IMG/VR virus record: IMGVR_UViG_3300031417_000403
Location: 187,133-251,132 of that record
Direction: 5' to 3' (one strand)
DNA length: 64,000 nucleotides
Origin: a virus
Lineage: Duplodnaviria; Heunggongvirae; Uroviricota; Caudoviricetes
Position 1 is the stretch's first letter; each line of letters starts with the position of its first letter. This document shows positions 18,752 through 27,869 of the stretch, piece by piece. The position numbers and the translations under genes are program-made. Under the pieces are notes generated by a model. That model was not told where the DNA came from. It worked only from the letters and a program-made list of their open reading frames with translations, and ran no database searches.

Positions 18752-19184
18752 CGGCGGGCTTTCGACGGAGCGTAACCTCCACACCCGCCGGAATCATGCT
18801 GACGCGACGACGTTTGACTTTAGGTGCAGCTGCAAGGTTGTACTTAAAGTCATTTCCGATTAGCCTTGTCACGTGAGCCAGTTCGAAGTTTTTGTAGATG
18901 CGGTTCGTGTGCATTGCCATACCGAGTCGCGAGAATTCGAACGACAGCGGATACGTGTACGATCCACGATAGAACCAAGCTGTAACAACAGTAATCAATT
19001 GCTGTAAGTCAATCCCTTCCTGTTGCGCAAAGTCAAGCACATACGCGCCGACCGAATCTTCCGTGATGTTATCCACGATCACGAGATAGTTCTCTTTCCT
19101 ATACTCCAAAACCGACAAGTAGCAAAAGTTGCCTGAGTCGCATGCATACTCGACAACCAGTGTGGGAATTTTCTTTTTACTCAA
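18735..19184 (-). CDS. hypothetical protein (149 aa), lone minus-strand gene (TTG start)
   Basis: RBS GGAG 7 nt upstream of TTG on minus strand; convergent with upstream gene. Confidence 0.45.
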   Translation of the reverse strand: MSKKKIPTLVVEYACDSGNFCYLSVLEYRKENYLVIVDNITEDSVGAYVLDFAQQEGIDLQQLITVVTAWFYRGSYTYPLSFEFSRLGMAMHTNRIYKNFELAHVTRLIGNDFKYNLAAAPKVKRRRVSMIPAGVEVTLRRKPAVTLSE

Positions 19185-19284
19185 GACGTTCTCCGACTGT
19201 AATTTTCTTTTTCATTGCGTTTCCTTTTGTGGTAGACTGCTGGGATATTTACGTCGATCAAGGCGTCATCTTCAACACGAAGCA

Positions 19285-19320
19285 GAAATATAGGCATTAG
19301 CTGACAAATAAGGAATTGCC
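19285..19320 (+). promoter_or_regulatory. conserved ~36-nt motif aaatataRgcattagctgacaaataaggaaNtgc (copy 1)
   Basis: near-identical to 51872..51907. Confidence 0.45.
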
Positions 19321-19467
19321 ATGAGATGGATCGCCGCACTCGTTGTTTTGATACTGATTGTAATCATTGCATCAACACCCATACGCACGCACAACCGTTC
19401 ATGCGAGCATCTGAAAAGATACCCAACATCGAATCTTTTAGTTCAGTGTTTATTCGGCTCAAGATGA
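19321..19467 (+). CDS. small membrane protein (48 aa)
   Basis: ATG directly after conserved motif aaatataggcattagctgacaaataaggaattgcc; TM AALVVLILIVIIAS. Confidence 0.35.
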   Translation: MRWIAALVVLILIVIIASTPIRTHNRSCEHLKRYPTSNLLVQCLFGSR

Positions 19468-19474
19468 TTCGTGA

Positions 19475-19480
19475 TACAAT
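19475..19480 (+). promoter_or_regulatory. promoter -10 variant TACAAT upstream of DNA ligase
   Basis: gtgatacaatagacccctaaccaaaccggagaacccATG. Confidence 0.45.
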
Positions 19481-19506
19481 AGACCCCTAACCAAACCGGA
19501 GAACCC

Positions 19507-20856
19507 ATGAATTTTGTAGAAGTCCTCAAAGAAGCCGAAGCCGCGAATGGTGCTGGCACCAAGAAAGCAATCCAAGCTGCGCTGGCGAAACTCGATCCGA
19601 CAGGCCGCGCGCTGATGCGCTATGCCATGGACCCGTATAAAGTCTTCGGCGTCAAGAAGTTCGATCGTCCTGCAAGCTACGCGCAGCAAGACCCCGCCGA
19701 TATTTCCCCGCTGTTCCAATTGCTCGACGACCTGGCCGACCGCAATCTGACTGGCGACGCAGCACGTGGTGCAGTTTCCCAAGCACTGTCGAACTTCACC
19801 GAAGAAACCGCAGCATACATCGAACGCGTGATCGACAAAGACCCGCGCGCCGGCTTCTCTGCCGATACCTTCAACAAGGTATGGAAAGACGACGAGACCA
19901 TCCCAACGTTCGAAGTCATGCTCGCCGACAAGTGCGAAGACACTGACGACTTCGAAAAGAACGTCACGTTCCCGTGTCTCGCCGACGTCAAGTACGACGG
20001 CCAACGTACCATCGCGCTCGTCCGCCTCGGCCGTCCGGTCGAATATCGTGCACGCTCCGGCAAAGAGATGGATCACCTTGCCGGCCTGTTCGACGCTGAA
20101 CTGCTGCTGATCCGCAACATCGTAGGCTACGACTTCGTGATGGACGGCGAATCGTTCGCATCGGACTTCACCGAAACCATCAACGCCAAGAAGACCGGCA
20201 ACGACAAAGCGAAAGCCAACCTGAAGCTGCACTGCTTCTTCATGATGCCACTGACGCACTGGATCGCGCAGAAGACCGACATCACGATGGAAGCCAATCG
20301 TCTGGCACTCGAAGAACTGCTGCCGCAAGTCCGCGCCAAGCTGAACCTCGATCAAGACGCACTGGGCGAAGCTGTTCAAGTCGAACCGAAAGTCATTCTG
20401 ACCGACAGCGCGATCGTCAACAACTACGCCGAGATGACCGCTCGCTGCAATCACGTCATCGATGACCTGAAGCAAGAAGGTCTGATCCTGAAAGAACTGC
20501 AGGCCGTCTACACCTGGGACCGTTCGTTTGCATGGTGCAAAGTGAAACGCTTCTACGACGTCGACGCCCGCATCGTAGGCTTCTACGCTGGTCGTCCGAA
20601 GACCCGTCTGGCCGATACCGTCGGCGGTGTCAACTGCGTGGCATTCCTCGAATCCGGCGAACGCGTCGAGTTCAACGTCGGTTCCGGCTTCAGCGACGAC
20701 GATCGTGCCGACATGAAAGCCAATCCGGAAAAATGGCTGAAGGCAACTGTCGTCATCAAGTATCAAGACGTCACGCGCTCGAAGAGCAAGGCCGTCGCAT
20801 CGCTGCGCTTCTGCACGTTCGAACGTATCCGCGACGACAAGCTGGTGGAAATCTAA
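19507..20856 (+). CDS. ATP-dependent DNA ligase
   Basis: motif I CLADVKYDGQR (KxDGxR), III FVMDGE, IV EGLILK, V WCKVKRFY; 449 aa. Confidence 0.9.
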   Translation: MNFVEVLKEAEAANGAGTKKAIQAALAKLDPTGRALMRYAMDPYKVFGVKKFDRPASYAQQDPADISPLFQLLDDLADRNLTGDAARGAVSQALSNFTEETAAYIERVIDKDPRAGFSADTFNKVWKDDETIPTFEVMLADKCEDTDDFEKNVTFPCLADVKYDGQRTIALVRLGRPVEYRARSGKEMDHLAGLFDAELLLIRNIVGYDFVMDGESFASDFTETINAKKTGNDKAKANLKLHCFFMMPLTHWIAQKTDITMEANRLALEELLPQVRAKLNLDQDALGEAVQVEPKVILTDSAIVNNYAEMTARCNHVIDDLKQEGLILKELQAVYTWDRSFAWCKVKRFYDVDARIVGFYAGRPKTRLADTVGGVNCVAFLESGERVEFNVGSGFSDDDRADMKANPEKWLKATVVIKYQDVTRSKSKAVASLRFCTFERIRDDKLVEI

Positions 20857-21132
20857 ATGAAGAAGCCACACCTGTCTTGGCTCATCAGCTTGCCGCATGC
20901 GTTGGCCATCATCAAAAAGATGAACCAGAAGAAACACCGTGATGCTGGATACTCATTTGAGTTGTCCGAGGTTGATGACCAATACAAGGTGTGGGCTACA
21001 GCGGATAAACGCTTCTACGGTAAATATTCATACGGCACTACAATCTACAAGATGGACATATTTTACGAGAAGCCAGATGAAACACCACAGCCAAACAAGA
21101 ATCGCGTCTCTAGTAGAATCCCTCGTAAGTAA
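20857..21132 (+). CDS. hypothetical protein (91 aa)
   Basis: ORF track. Confidence 0.45.
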   Translation: MKKPHLSWLISLPHALAIIKKMNQKKHRDAGYSFELSEVDDQYKVWATADKRFYGKYSYGTTIYKMDIFYEKPDETPQPNKNRVSSRIPRK

Positions 21133-21133
21133 T

Positions 21134-21442
21134 GTGATCGGCTTCTTTCTCACCGTCGCGGCACAACTGTTCATCTTCCCTGACCAGCAGTTCTCACAGA
21201 ACATTTTCTTCTCGTCAGTACTGCTGATCCTCCACATTATCCGCAGCTACCTGGTTCGCCGCGGATTCAACGCCTACGTTCTAGCAAAAGCCAAGAAAGC
21301 AAAGAAGTTGAAGAGGCAGCAACGTGCTGCATTGAAACGTCAACACAAAGAGCAGAAACAACATGAAAACCGCAAAGCAGTACAACGAAATGACGCAGAA
21401 AGCAGCATACCAGATTATGCGAGCGATGGCGGTCTTCAATAA
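21134..21442 (+). CDS. membrane protein with basic C-terminal tail (GTG start, uncertain)
   Basis: TM VIGFFLTVAAQLFIF then KAKKAKKLKRQQRAALKRQHKEQ. Confidence 0.3.
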   Translation: MIGFFLTVAAQLFIFPDQQFSQNIFFSSVLLILHIIRSYLVRRGFNAYVLAKAKKAKKLKRQQRAALKRQHKEQKQHENRKAVQRNDAESSIPDYASDGGLQ

Positions 21443-21611
21443 CGAACCAGAGCATATCCGCCAACAAGCTGAACAGATCATCATGCAACGCGTTCAGCTG
21501 ATGCGAGCCGGCAGTGGTGAAGTCATTGAAGGCGATCACCTCATCCGCGAGTTCGTTGAACCAGAACCAACACCTCCAGAAAATCCTGAGACTGACGATC
21601 CGGCACCATAA
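21363..21611 (+). CDS. hypothetical protein (82 aa)
   Basis: ORF track. Confidence 0.35.
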   Translation: MKTAKQYNEMTQKAAYQIMRAMAVFNNEPEHIRQQAEQIIMQRVQLMRAGSGEVIEGDHLIREFVEPEPTPPENPETDDPAP

Positions 21612-21641
21612 ATATCCTTGTCAACCAACAAGGAGGGGACC

Positions 21642-21827
21642 GTGAAACTGTATGACTTCTCCGTTTACGCCGCCAGGCGAGACGCGATGCGAAAAGAGAA
21701 AGCTGCTGCCGCACGCGTTGTGGAGGTGATGGACCATATTGAAGAACCCGGTTCCATAAAGCAACTCAAGCATTGTGTCGATGATTGGTTCACTTTACAT
21801 AGGAACGTTATAGAACACCAAGCATAA
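21642..21827 (+). CDS. hypothetical protein (61 aa, GTG start)
   Basis: strong RBS aaggagggg before GTG. Confidence 0.45.
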   Translation: MKLYDFSVYAARRDAMRKEKAAAARVVEVMDHIEEPGSIKQLKHCVDDWFTLHRNVIEHQA

Positions 21828-22690
21828 TGAAACCAAAATATATCAGAGTCCTTTCGGACCTACACTTGGAACAACTACTCGGTCAACGAGAGGAATTCTT
21901 AGCTAACAGCTTTGTACCGCCCGATCCACGCGACTCGGAAAGCGTACTTGTTCTTGCTGGTGACATCAGCTCGAAACCCGCACAACTCATTCCTTTCCTG
22001 GGCTGGCTCAAAGACCGGTTCATGCGAGTCATCTACATTCCAGGCAACCACGAATACTACGGCCACGAGTTTGCTTCGTGGGAACGTGCTGTTACTGAAG
22101 CACTCAAAGAAGCACCCAATATCAAATTCTGTGGCAACGATGTTGCTGTCGAGGAATTTGAAGGCGTCCGCTTCATCTTCGGTACTCTGTGGGGCGATGG
22201 TGGATCGACGCTTGCTGAACACGCAGACATCGGCCGCTACTTGAACGACTTCCGTCTTGCACGTGTTGGCGACAAGAAATTCACTGTCGCCGATATGAAA
22301 ACGATGTATCGTTCGCAGAAGAGCAAGATCAAAGCATTGCTGGAAACTCCGTTCGACGGCAAGACCGTTGTCGCGACCCATCACATGCCATCGTACCAAC
22401 TTTGCCATCCACGTTTCGGTGGCGCAATCAACGGTGGCTTCGCTTCGCACAGCGATGATTTGATGGGCGGTGAACACGCACCAGCAGTTTGGATTCACGG
22501 CCACACTCACGATACGATCGACCGCATTCTGCATGGTTGCCGCGTCGTCTGCAATCCATCGGGCTATCGTCAAGAGTACGGCACCATCTTCAATCTGTTC
22601 GGGCCGAAGTTCATCACGATCGAAAACATGCAGTACGTTGAGCCAGTGAAACCGATGTGGCATGCAACCCCGGAGAAAGTCAGTGAATAA
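21827..22690 (+). CDS. calcineurin-like metallophosphoesterase
   Basis: motifs RVLSDLH, LAGD, GNHEYY, GHTH; 287 aa. Confidence 0.8.
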   Translation: MKPKYIRVLSDLHLEQLLGQREEFLANSFVPPDPRDSESVLVLAGDISSKPAQLIPFLGWLKDRFMRVIYIPGNHEYYGHEFASWERAVTEALKEAPNIKFCGNDVAVEEFEGVRFIFGTLWGDGGSTLAEHADIGRYLNDFRLARVGDKKFTVADMKTMYRSQKSKIKALLETPFDGKTVVATHHMPSYQLCHPRFGGAINGGFASHSDDLMGGEHAPAVWIHGHTHDTIDRILHGCRVVCNPSGYRQEYGTIFNLFGPKFITIENMQYVEPVKPMWHATPEKVSE

Positions 22691-22700
22691 TGTGATTGAC

Positions 22701-23099
22701 ATGTTCAATCCAAAGAAGCCTCGGGAAGCTCCGCCTTCCATCGAGGCTCTTGCCGTACGTTGCACTGACCTTATCAATGAAAACTGGGAACGCTTCGCTC
22801 GCAACAATCGACTCAACGATTACTTTCTGTCATGCGTTCCATTGTGGGCGATGCCACAGCTGAACTATCTCTCAGACCTCAATGGCGTTTCGACAATTGA
22901 AAACAAACTCGGATTGTCGGTCGTCGTCAACGCGCCTGGAACATCACCATCATCGAAGCTCGGCTGGGTTGCCGGCTTCGAAATCAAAGGAGTGAAAGTC
23001 GAAACTCCAGTGATGATGTGTGAAGCGTACGCCAGGTGTTTCAACATTCTCCTTTTCCTCAAGCTGTCGCGCGAACTGACAAATCACGGCATCAACTGA
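22701..23099 (+). CDS. hypothetical protein (132 aa)
   Basis: ORF track, first ATG after upstream stop. Confidence 0.45.
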   Translation: MFNPKKPREAPPSIEALAVRCTDLINENWERFARNNRLNDYFLSCVPLWAMPQLNYLSDLNGVSTIENKLGLSVVVNAPGTSPSSKLGWVAGFEIKGVKVETPVMMCEAYARCFNILLFLKLSRELTNHGIN

Positions 23100-23134
23100 A
23101 ATGTTGGCGTGCAAGCAACATTGCGCGTGATAGA

Positions 23135-23674
23135 ATGCTTTCCATGCTAATCTTCTATAAAGAACTAACGATAGAAGAAGGTTTCGAAGTCCTCGAGAAA
23201 ACAAAGTACGACCGTCTTGTTGGCGGCCGACAAGTATCTCAATGCTCGGGCTGGAATCTTTTTCAAACATACAAAGGCAAACCAATCACGTGTTGGAAGT
23301 GCGGATGCGCTGCCGACCGATGGATTGCTGATCGTGGGCCGAAGCACATGGGAAATCCAGTGCTCAATTTGTACGGCATGCGATACGGCGAGTTGGTGCT
23401 GATGAATCGTGACCACATCATTCCAAAATCTTTGGGCGGTGTTGATGTTAACGAAAATCTGCGGCCTGCATGCGAAGTTTGTAACGGCGGACGCGGCAAC
23501 ACGCTGACGCCAGAAGACTTGCAATTCCGAAAGGATCATCCCGAGTTGATCAGCGAGCATCGACTCGAAGAAGGAAAGAAGTCTGCGCGCAAAGCAATCA
23601 AAGCGCACGAAGGACATCCGGAAGAACAAGCACGAATTGCATTGCCATTCGAAATGATTGGCGAACCACTTTAA
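23135..23674 (+). CDS. HNH homing endonuclease
   Basis: CWKCGC...NRDHIIPKSLGG...NLRPACEVCN HNH/zinc-finger motifs; promoter-like tagaatgctttcc overlaps start. Confidence 0.75.
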   Translation: MLSMLIFYKELTIEEGFEVLEKTKYDRLVGGRQVSQCSGWNLFQTYKGKPITCWKCGCAADRWIADRGPKHMGNPVLNLYGMRYGELVLMNRDHIIPKSLGGVDVNENLRPACEVCNGGRGNTLTPEDLQFRKDHPELISEHRLEEGKKSARKAIKAHEGHPEEQARIALPFEMIGEPL

Positions 23675-23684
23675 AGGAAATACC

Positions 23685-25088
23685 ATGGGACAACCAACAC
23701 AAGAAATCGCACAAGGCGGCTGGAAAGCTGAAGCTCTGAAAGACGGCATTGTCGTTACCAACGAAGAAGAAATGCAGGCATATCTTGAAGCTGATGCAAC
23801 TGCAGCCGAACAAGCTGAAGTGCTGCGTCGCCAACAACTCGTCGACGAAGCTGTGGCAGACGGCCGCAAGCTGGTGACTGTTCGTCAAATCACTTCGATC
23901 GAAGATATTCCTGGCGCCGACCTGATCAAGAAAGCAATGGTCGAAGGCTGGCCAGTCGTCGTAAAAGCCGGCGAGTTCAAAGTTGGCGACCTGTGCGTCT
24001 TCTTCGAGGTCGACTCGTACCTGCCAATGTCGGACGAACGTTTCAAGTTCCTCGAAAAGAACGCCATCAACTGGAACGACATTCCAGGTGCACGACTGAA
24101 AACGATTCGCCTGCGCAAGCAGCTGTCGCAAGGCCTCGCACTTCCGCTCGATGCGTTCCCGGAAATCATCGATCATCTGATCGGCCTGGGAATCGGGAAA
24201 AGCGAAGTCGAAAAAATTCGCGACATCAACTTCACTGGCCTGCTCGGCATCATGAAGTGGGACAAGCCTGTCAACGCACAACTGGCTGGCATGGCGAAGG
24301 GTAACTTCCCAACGTTCCTCCGCAAGTCGGACCAAGAACGTTGCCAGAACATGGGCTCGCAAATCTTCGGCTACGATGAAACCTTCTCGCCGGTTCCGGC
24401 AGAAGCCGTCGCTGCAATGTCGCAAGAAGACAAGGACGCCGCAATCGCTGCTGGTCGTATGCGCATGACCGGCGATGTACTGCAGTTCGTCCGTCCGCCG
24501 CAAGCAAGCCGCGACACTCGTTACGAAGTCACGCTGAAAATGGACGGCAGTTCGATGACCGTGTATCGTTACGGTGCCGGCGGCGAACCGCTGGAAGGCG
24601 TGTGCTCGCGTAACCTCGATCTGAAGATGGAAGGCAACGACGACAACGCCTTCGTGCAGATGGCGAACAGCGGTATTCTGCAAGTGCTGCGAAGCGTCGG
24701 TCAAGACATCGCACTTCAAGGCGAGCTGATGGGTCCTGGTATCCAAGGCAACCGCGAAGGTTTCAAGACCAATCGCTTCTTCGTCTACAACATCTTCGAC
24801 ATCGACAAAGGCGAGTTCATGACTCCGCGCGAGCGCAAGTCGCTGGTGGCAAAGATGAACAGCATTGCCCGCGTCGAGAACATCAACGTCGTGATCGAGC
24901 ATGTTCCGACCCTGCACTTTGGCGTCACGCTCGAAGAACTGGGCATCAAGAACATGGACGAACTGCTGCAGTTCGCCATTGGCCCAAGCATGAACAACAA
25001 CGTGCGTGAAGGCCTGGTGTTCAAAGCAATGGACGGTTCGCACCAGTTCAAGGCCATCAGCAACCTGTACCTCGAACAAGAAAAATGA
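23685..25088 (+). CDS. ATP-dependent RNA ligase (Rnl-type nucleotidyltransferase with N-terminal extension)
   Basis: motif I TLKMDGSS (KxDG), IV EGLVFK, V FKAISNLY; RBS aaaggaaatacc; 467 aa. Confidence 0.7.
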   Translation: MGQPTQEIAQGGWKAEALKDGIVVTNEEEMQAYLEADATAAEQAEVLRRQQLVDEAVADGRKLVTVRQITSIEDIPGADLIKKAMVEGWPVVVKAGEFKVGDLCVFFEVDSYLPMSDERFKFLEKNAINWNDIPGARLKTIRLRKQLSQGLALPLDAFPEIIDHLIGLGIGKSEVEKIRDINFTGLLGIMKWDKPVNAQLAGMAKGNFPTFLRKSDQERCQNMGSQIFGYDETFSPVPAEAVAAMSQEDKDAAIAAGRMRMTGDVLQFVRPPQASRDTRYEVTLKMDGSSMTVYRYGAGGEPLEGVCSRNLDLKMEGNDDNAFVQMANSGILQVLRSVGQDIALQGELMGPGIQGNREGFKTNRFFVYNIFDIDKGEFMTPRERKSLVAKMNSIARVENINVVIEHVPTLHFGVTLEELGIKNMDELLQFAIGPSMNNNVREGLVFKAMDGSHQFKAISNLYLEQEK

Positions 25089-25258
25089 AATGCGAGAACG
25101 GGTGTGACGACCGCGCAGAAGTCAGCTTTCAATATCTGACTTCTGCCGGTCCAATAAAGCTTTGCCTGTGTGGAGTTTGCGCTGTTGCTTGGTGGAACAA
25201 GTACAAGCATACTCCCGCAGGTGAAACTCTCATCATCGAAGATGCAATAGGAAAATGA
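25085..25258 (+). CDS. Cys-rich small protein (57 aa)
   Basis: CENGC...CLCGVC pattern. Confidence 0.4.
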   Translation: MKCENGCDDRAEVSFQYLTSAGPIKLCLCGVCAVAWWNKYKHTPAGETLIIEDAIGK

Positions 25259-25689
25259 TCGAAACACAAATCAGCCCTGACCTACTGACCGGGCTACGTG
25301 AGCGGGCACATTCGTTTGAAGCTGTCGTGATGCGATTGGATACGCCCAACAAAAATGGACGTACGTATCCAACTGACGTCATGGTCAACGCATTGGCTAA
25401 AGTTCAATACCCAGTGTTGGGTTGCTTCATGGATGATCTGAATCAAGGCTTCATTCCGTTGAATCACGTTTCCCATAAAGTGCTGGACATGCGTATCGAC
25501 GGCGACCAAGTGATTGCGAGGATTCTGATTCTGCCGGCGTTGCCGCATGGCAAAGTGCTGCAGTCAATATACGACTTGACCGGTGCCGACTTCCGCACTG
25601 CCGGTCAAGCGATGGTTGATCCTAATGGTGTTGTCACGCAATTCCACTTCCTCAGTATCGGCGCACTTCCGAAAGGTAAAGGCGCATAA
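25255..25689 (+). CDS. hypothetical protein (144 aa)
   Basis: ORF track. Confidence 0.5.
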   Translation: MIETQISPDLLTGLRERAHSFEAVVMRLDTPNKNGRTYPTDVMVNALAKVQYPVLGCFMDDLNQGFIPLNHVSHKVLDMRIDGDQVIARILILPALPHGKVLQSIYDLTGADFRTAGQAMVDPNGVVTQFHFLSIGALPKGKGA

Positions 25690-25717
25690 AGTACTTTACA
25701 TCCTGTTGGTCATTCGG

Positions 25718-25723
25718 TATAAT
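25718..25723 (+). promoter_or_regulatory. promoter -10 TATAAT
   Basis: ggtataatctctacatcaa shared with the 27237 copy. Confidence 0.5.
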
Positions 25724-25753
25724 CTCTACATCAACTGACCAACAGGACGCATC

Positions 25754-26122
25754 ATGAGCAAAGCATCGAAAGCAGCAACCATCCCCGTCACTCCGAAAAC
25801 CAGCAACCCTGCTTCGGTGTTCAGCTGGCTGTCCAAGCACTTCAACGTCACCAAACACGCTTTCCAATCGGACAGCAATCCGTTCTCCAATCGTTCGTAC
25901 AAGACCGGCGACATTCCGGCGGCCGACCGCCGTCTGCTCGTCGCATGGCTGGCTGCAAACCCCGATGTGTGGGAGCTGGCCGACGATGGCACGAGCTACC
26001 ACTGGAAACAAGGTGGCGTGCGCATCAACCTCGCCAAGTATGCTGATCCGGCGTACTCGAAGTATTTCTCCTTCACCTGCCCGAAGGCCGCCAAAGCATC
26101 GACCATCTCTTACTACGACTAA
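25754..26122 (+). CDS. hypothetical protein (122 aa)
   Basis: ATG after tcggtataatctctacatcaactgaccaacaggacgcatc. Confidence 0.55.
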   Translation: MSKASKAATIPVTPKTSNPASVFSWLSKHFNVTKHAFQSDSNPFSNRSYKTGDIPAADRRLLVAWLAANPDVWELADDGTSYHWKQGGVRINLAKYADPAYSKYFSFTCPKAAKASTISYYD

Positions 26123-26124
26123 TC

Positions 26125-27210
26125 ATGAACCAAACACTGATCTGGCTTCTTGTAATTCCGATTGTGCTTGCGCTGGTGTTGTACATCGCTGCACGCAACA
26201 AAGAAGAAGCGCCGATGTTCTCCGGCATCTACGCGGCGGTTGGTCTTACGCTGGTGTTGTCGTGCTTCTTCATCTCGACCGGCTCGAAAGTGTGGGACAC
26301 GGAAGTGCTCAACGGCAAAGTCGTTTCGAAAGATCGTGAGCACGGCACGTACGAAGAATCGTACGAATGCAGATGCCGGACGGTGTCGAGTGGAAGCGGC
26401 AAGAATAAAACCACCAGTCGTGTTTGCGACACGTGTTATCGAACCCATTACACCGTCGAGTGGAACGTCAACACGACTATTGGCGACTATCAAATCGACA
26501 AGCTCGACCGCACATCGCGAAGCGTCTATCATGAACCCGACCCGTCGCGATACACCGTCGTGCAAACTGGTGATCCAGCAGCGAAGACGCATCAATATAC
26601 GAACTACGTGCAGGCAGTTCCGAATTCTCTCTTCACACCGGCAGCGGCTGATTTGAAGAAGAAGTTCGCAGGTCTGATTCCGGCATATCCGGACAAGATT
26701 TACGATCTGTACAAGGTCGATCGTTTCCTCACGCCTGGTTGGAGCATTGCAGACACGGCAGCATGGAATGCTGACATCTCGAATATTCTGCGCGACCTCG
26801 GTCCGAAGAAGCAAGTGAATCTGATCGTCGTCGTGGCGAAGACGGATGATCCGAACTACGAGTATGCACTGCGCGATGCATGGGAAGGTGCAAACAAGAA
26901 CGACGTCGTGCTGATCGTTGGCAGCACGCAATATCCGAAGATCGACTTCGTGCGTGTGTTGAGCTGGACCAAGAACGAAACGTTCAAAGTACAACTGCGC
27001 GATGCAGTGATGGACAAAGGCACGATCGACCGTTCGCTGGTGACCATGTGCGCATCGCAGATAGAACAGAACTTCGTTCGTCGTCAGATGAAAGAATTCG
27101 AGTATCTGAGCGGCGAAATCGATCCGCCTGATTGGCTCGTCACAACGCTGATTGCTCTGCTGATCGTTGGCGCAGTCGGTACGTACGTCTTCATCCAAAA
27201 GCGAAAATAA
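26125..27210 (+). CDS. membrane protein with N- and C-terminal TM anchors (361 aa)
   Basis: hydrophobic termini, Cys-cluster CRCRT...CDTC. Confidence 0.55.
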   Translation: MNQTLIWLLVIPIVLALVLYIAARNKEEAPMFSGIYAAVGLTLVLSCFFISTGSKVWDTEVLNGKVVSKDREHGTYEESYECRCRTVSSGSGKNKTTSRVCDTCYRTHYTVEWNVNTTIGDYQIDKLDRTSRSVYHEPDPSRYTVVQTGDPAAKTHQYTNYVQAVPNSLFTPAAADLKKKFAGLIPAYPDKIYDLYKVDRFLTPGWSIADTAAWNADISNILRDLGPKKQVNLIVVVAKTDDPNYEYALRDAWEGANKNDVVLIVGSTQYPKIDFVRVLSWTKNETFKVQLRDAVMDKGTIDRSLVTMCASQIEQNFVRRQMKEFEYLSGEIDPPDWLVTTLIALLIVGAVGTYVFIQKRK

Positions 27211-27236
27211 GCCTGTACAAGAATTAGAATCCGCCG

Positions 27237-27242
27237 TATAAT
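27237..27242 (+). promoter_or_regulatory. promoter -10 TATAAT
   Basis: cgtataatctctacatcaa. Confidence 0.5.
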
Positions 27243-27275
27243 CTCTACATCAAAACTCTTTCGGAAACAAACAAA

Positions 27276-27854
27276 ATGAAACTGAAACGTCAACAAGGTT
27301 CGGGTCTGGTAACTGGTCTGGTCGTCGCTGGTGTCTTCGGCGCGGTACTGCTCGGAGTCGGTGCAAGCTACTTCAGCGCGGCATCGTACGGTAACCGCAC
27401 CGAGCAGCAGCTGAAGGCGAAGTATAGCGACAACGAGAACGTCCTGTCGTCCGGCTATCAGCAACTGAAAGGCGTCGCCGGCGTGACCAAGATGGCCACG
27501 CAAGATCAGATTGATCTGTTCAAGGCAGCAGTGACCGGCCGCTACGGTGCCGACGGCTCGAAGGCCGTGTTCCAATCGATCACCGAGCAAAACCCGGTGC
27601 AGGACCCGCAGCTGTATCGCAAGGTGCAGCAAGTCGTCGAATCGACGCAGAAAGAATTCCAGGTTTCGCAGACGCAGATGCTCGACATCAAGCGTTCGTA
27701 CGAGACCGCGCTCGGTTCGCCGTGGCAAGGCTTCTGGCTCGGTGTCGCCGGTTATCCGAAGATCGACCTGAACAAGTACGTCATCATCTCGAGCGAAGGC
27801 GCGAGCGAAGCGTTCCGCACCAAGAAACAAGCAGCGCCGGACTTCGGCCGTTAA
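27276..27854 (+). CDS. LemA-family membrane protein
   Basis: N-terminal TM plus LemA-like GNRTEQQLKAKYSD...ATQDQIDLFKAAVTGRY pattern. Confidence 0.55.
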   Translation: MKLKRQQGSGLVTGLVVAGVFGAVLLGVGASYFSAASYGNRTEQQLKAKYSDNENVLSSGYQQLKGVAGVTKMATQDQIDLFKAAVTGRYGADGSKAVFQSITEQNPVQDPQLYRKVQQVVESTQKEFQVSQTQMLDIKRSYETALGSPWQGFWLGVAGYPKIDLNKYVIISSEGASEAFRTKKQAAPDFGR

Positions 27855-27869
27855 TCAAAGGACAACATC

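Noticed and set aside
25255-25689. Prohead protease assignment
   Set aside because: The resemblance is weak (NKNGRTYP) and no catalytic Ser/His context is recognisable; it is too short.
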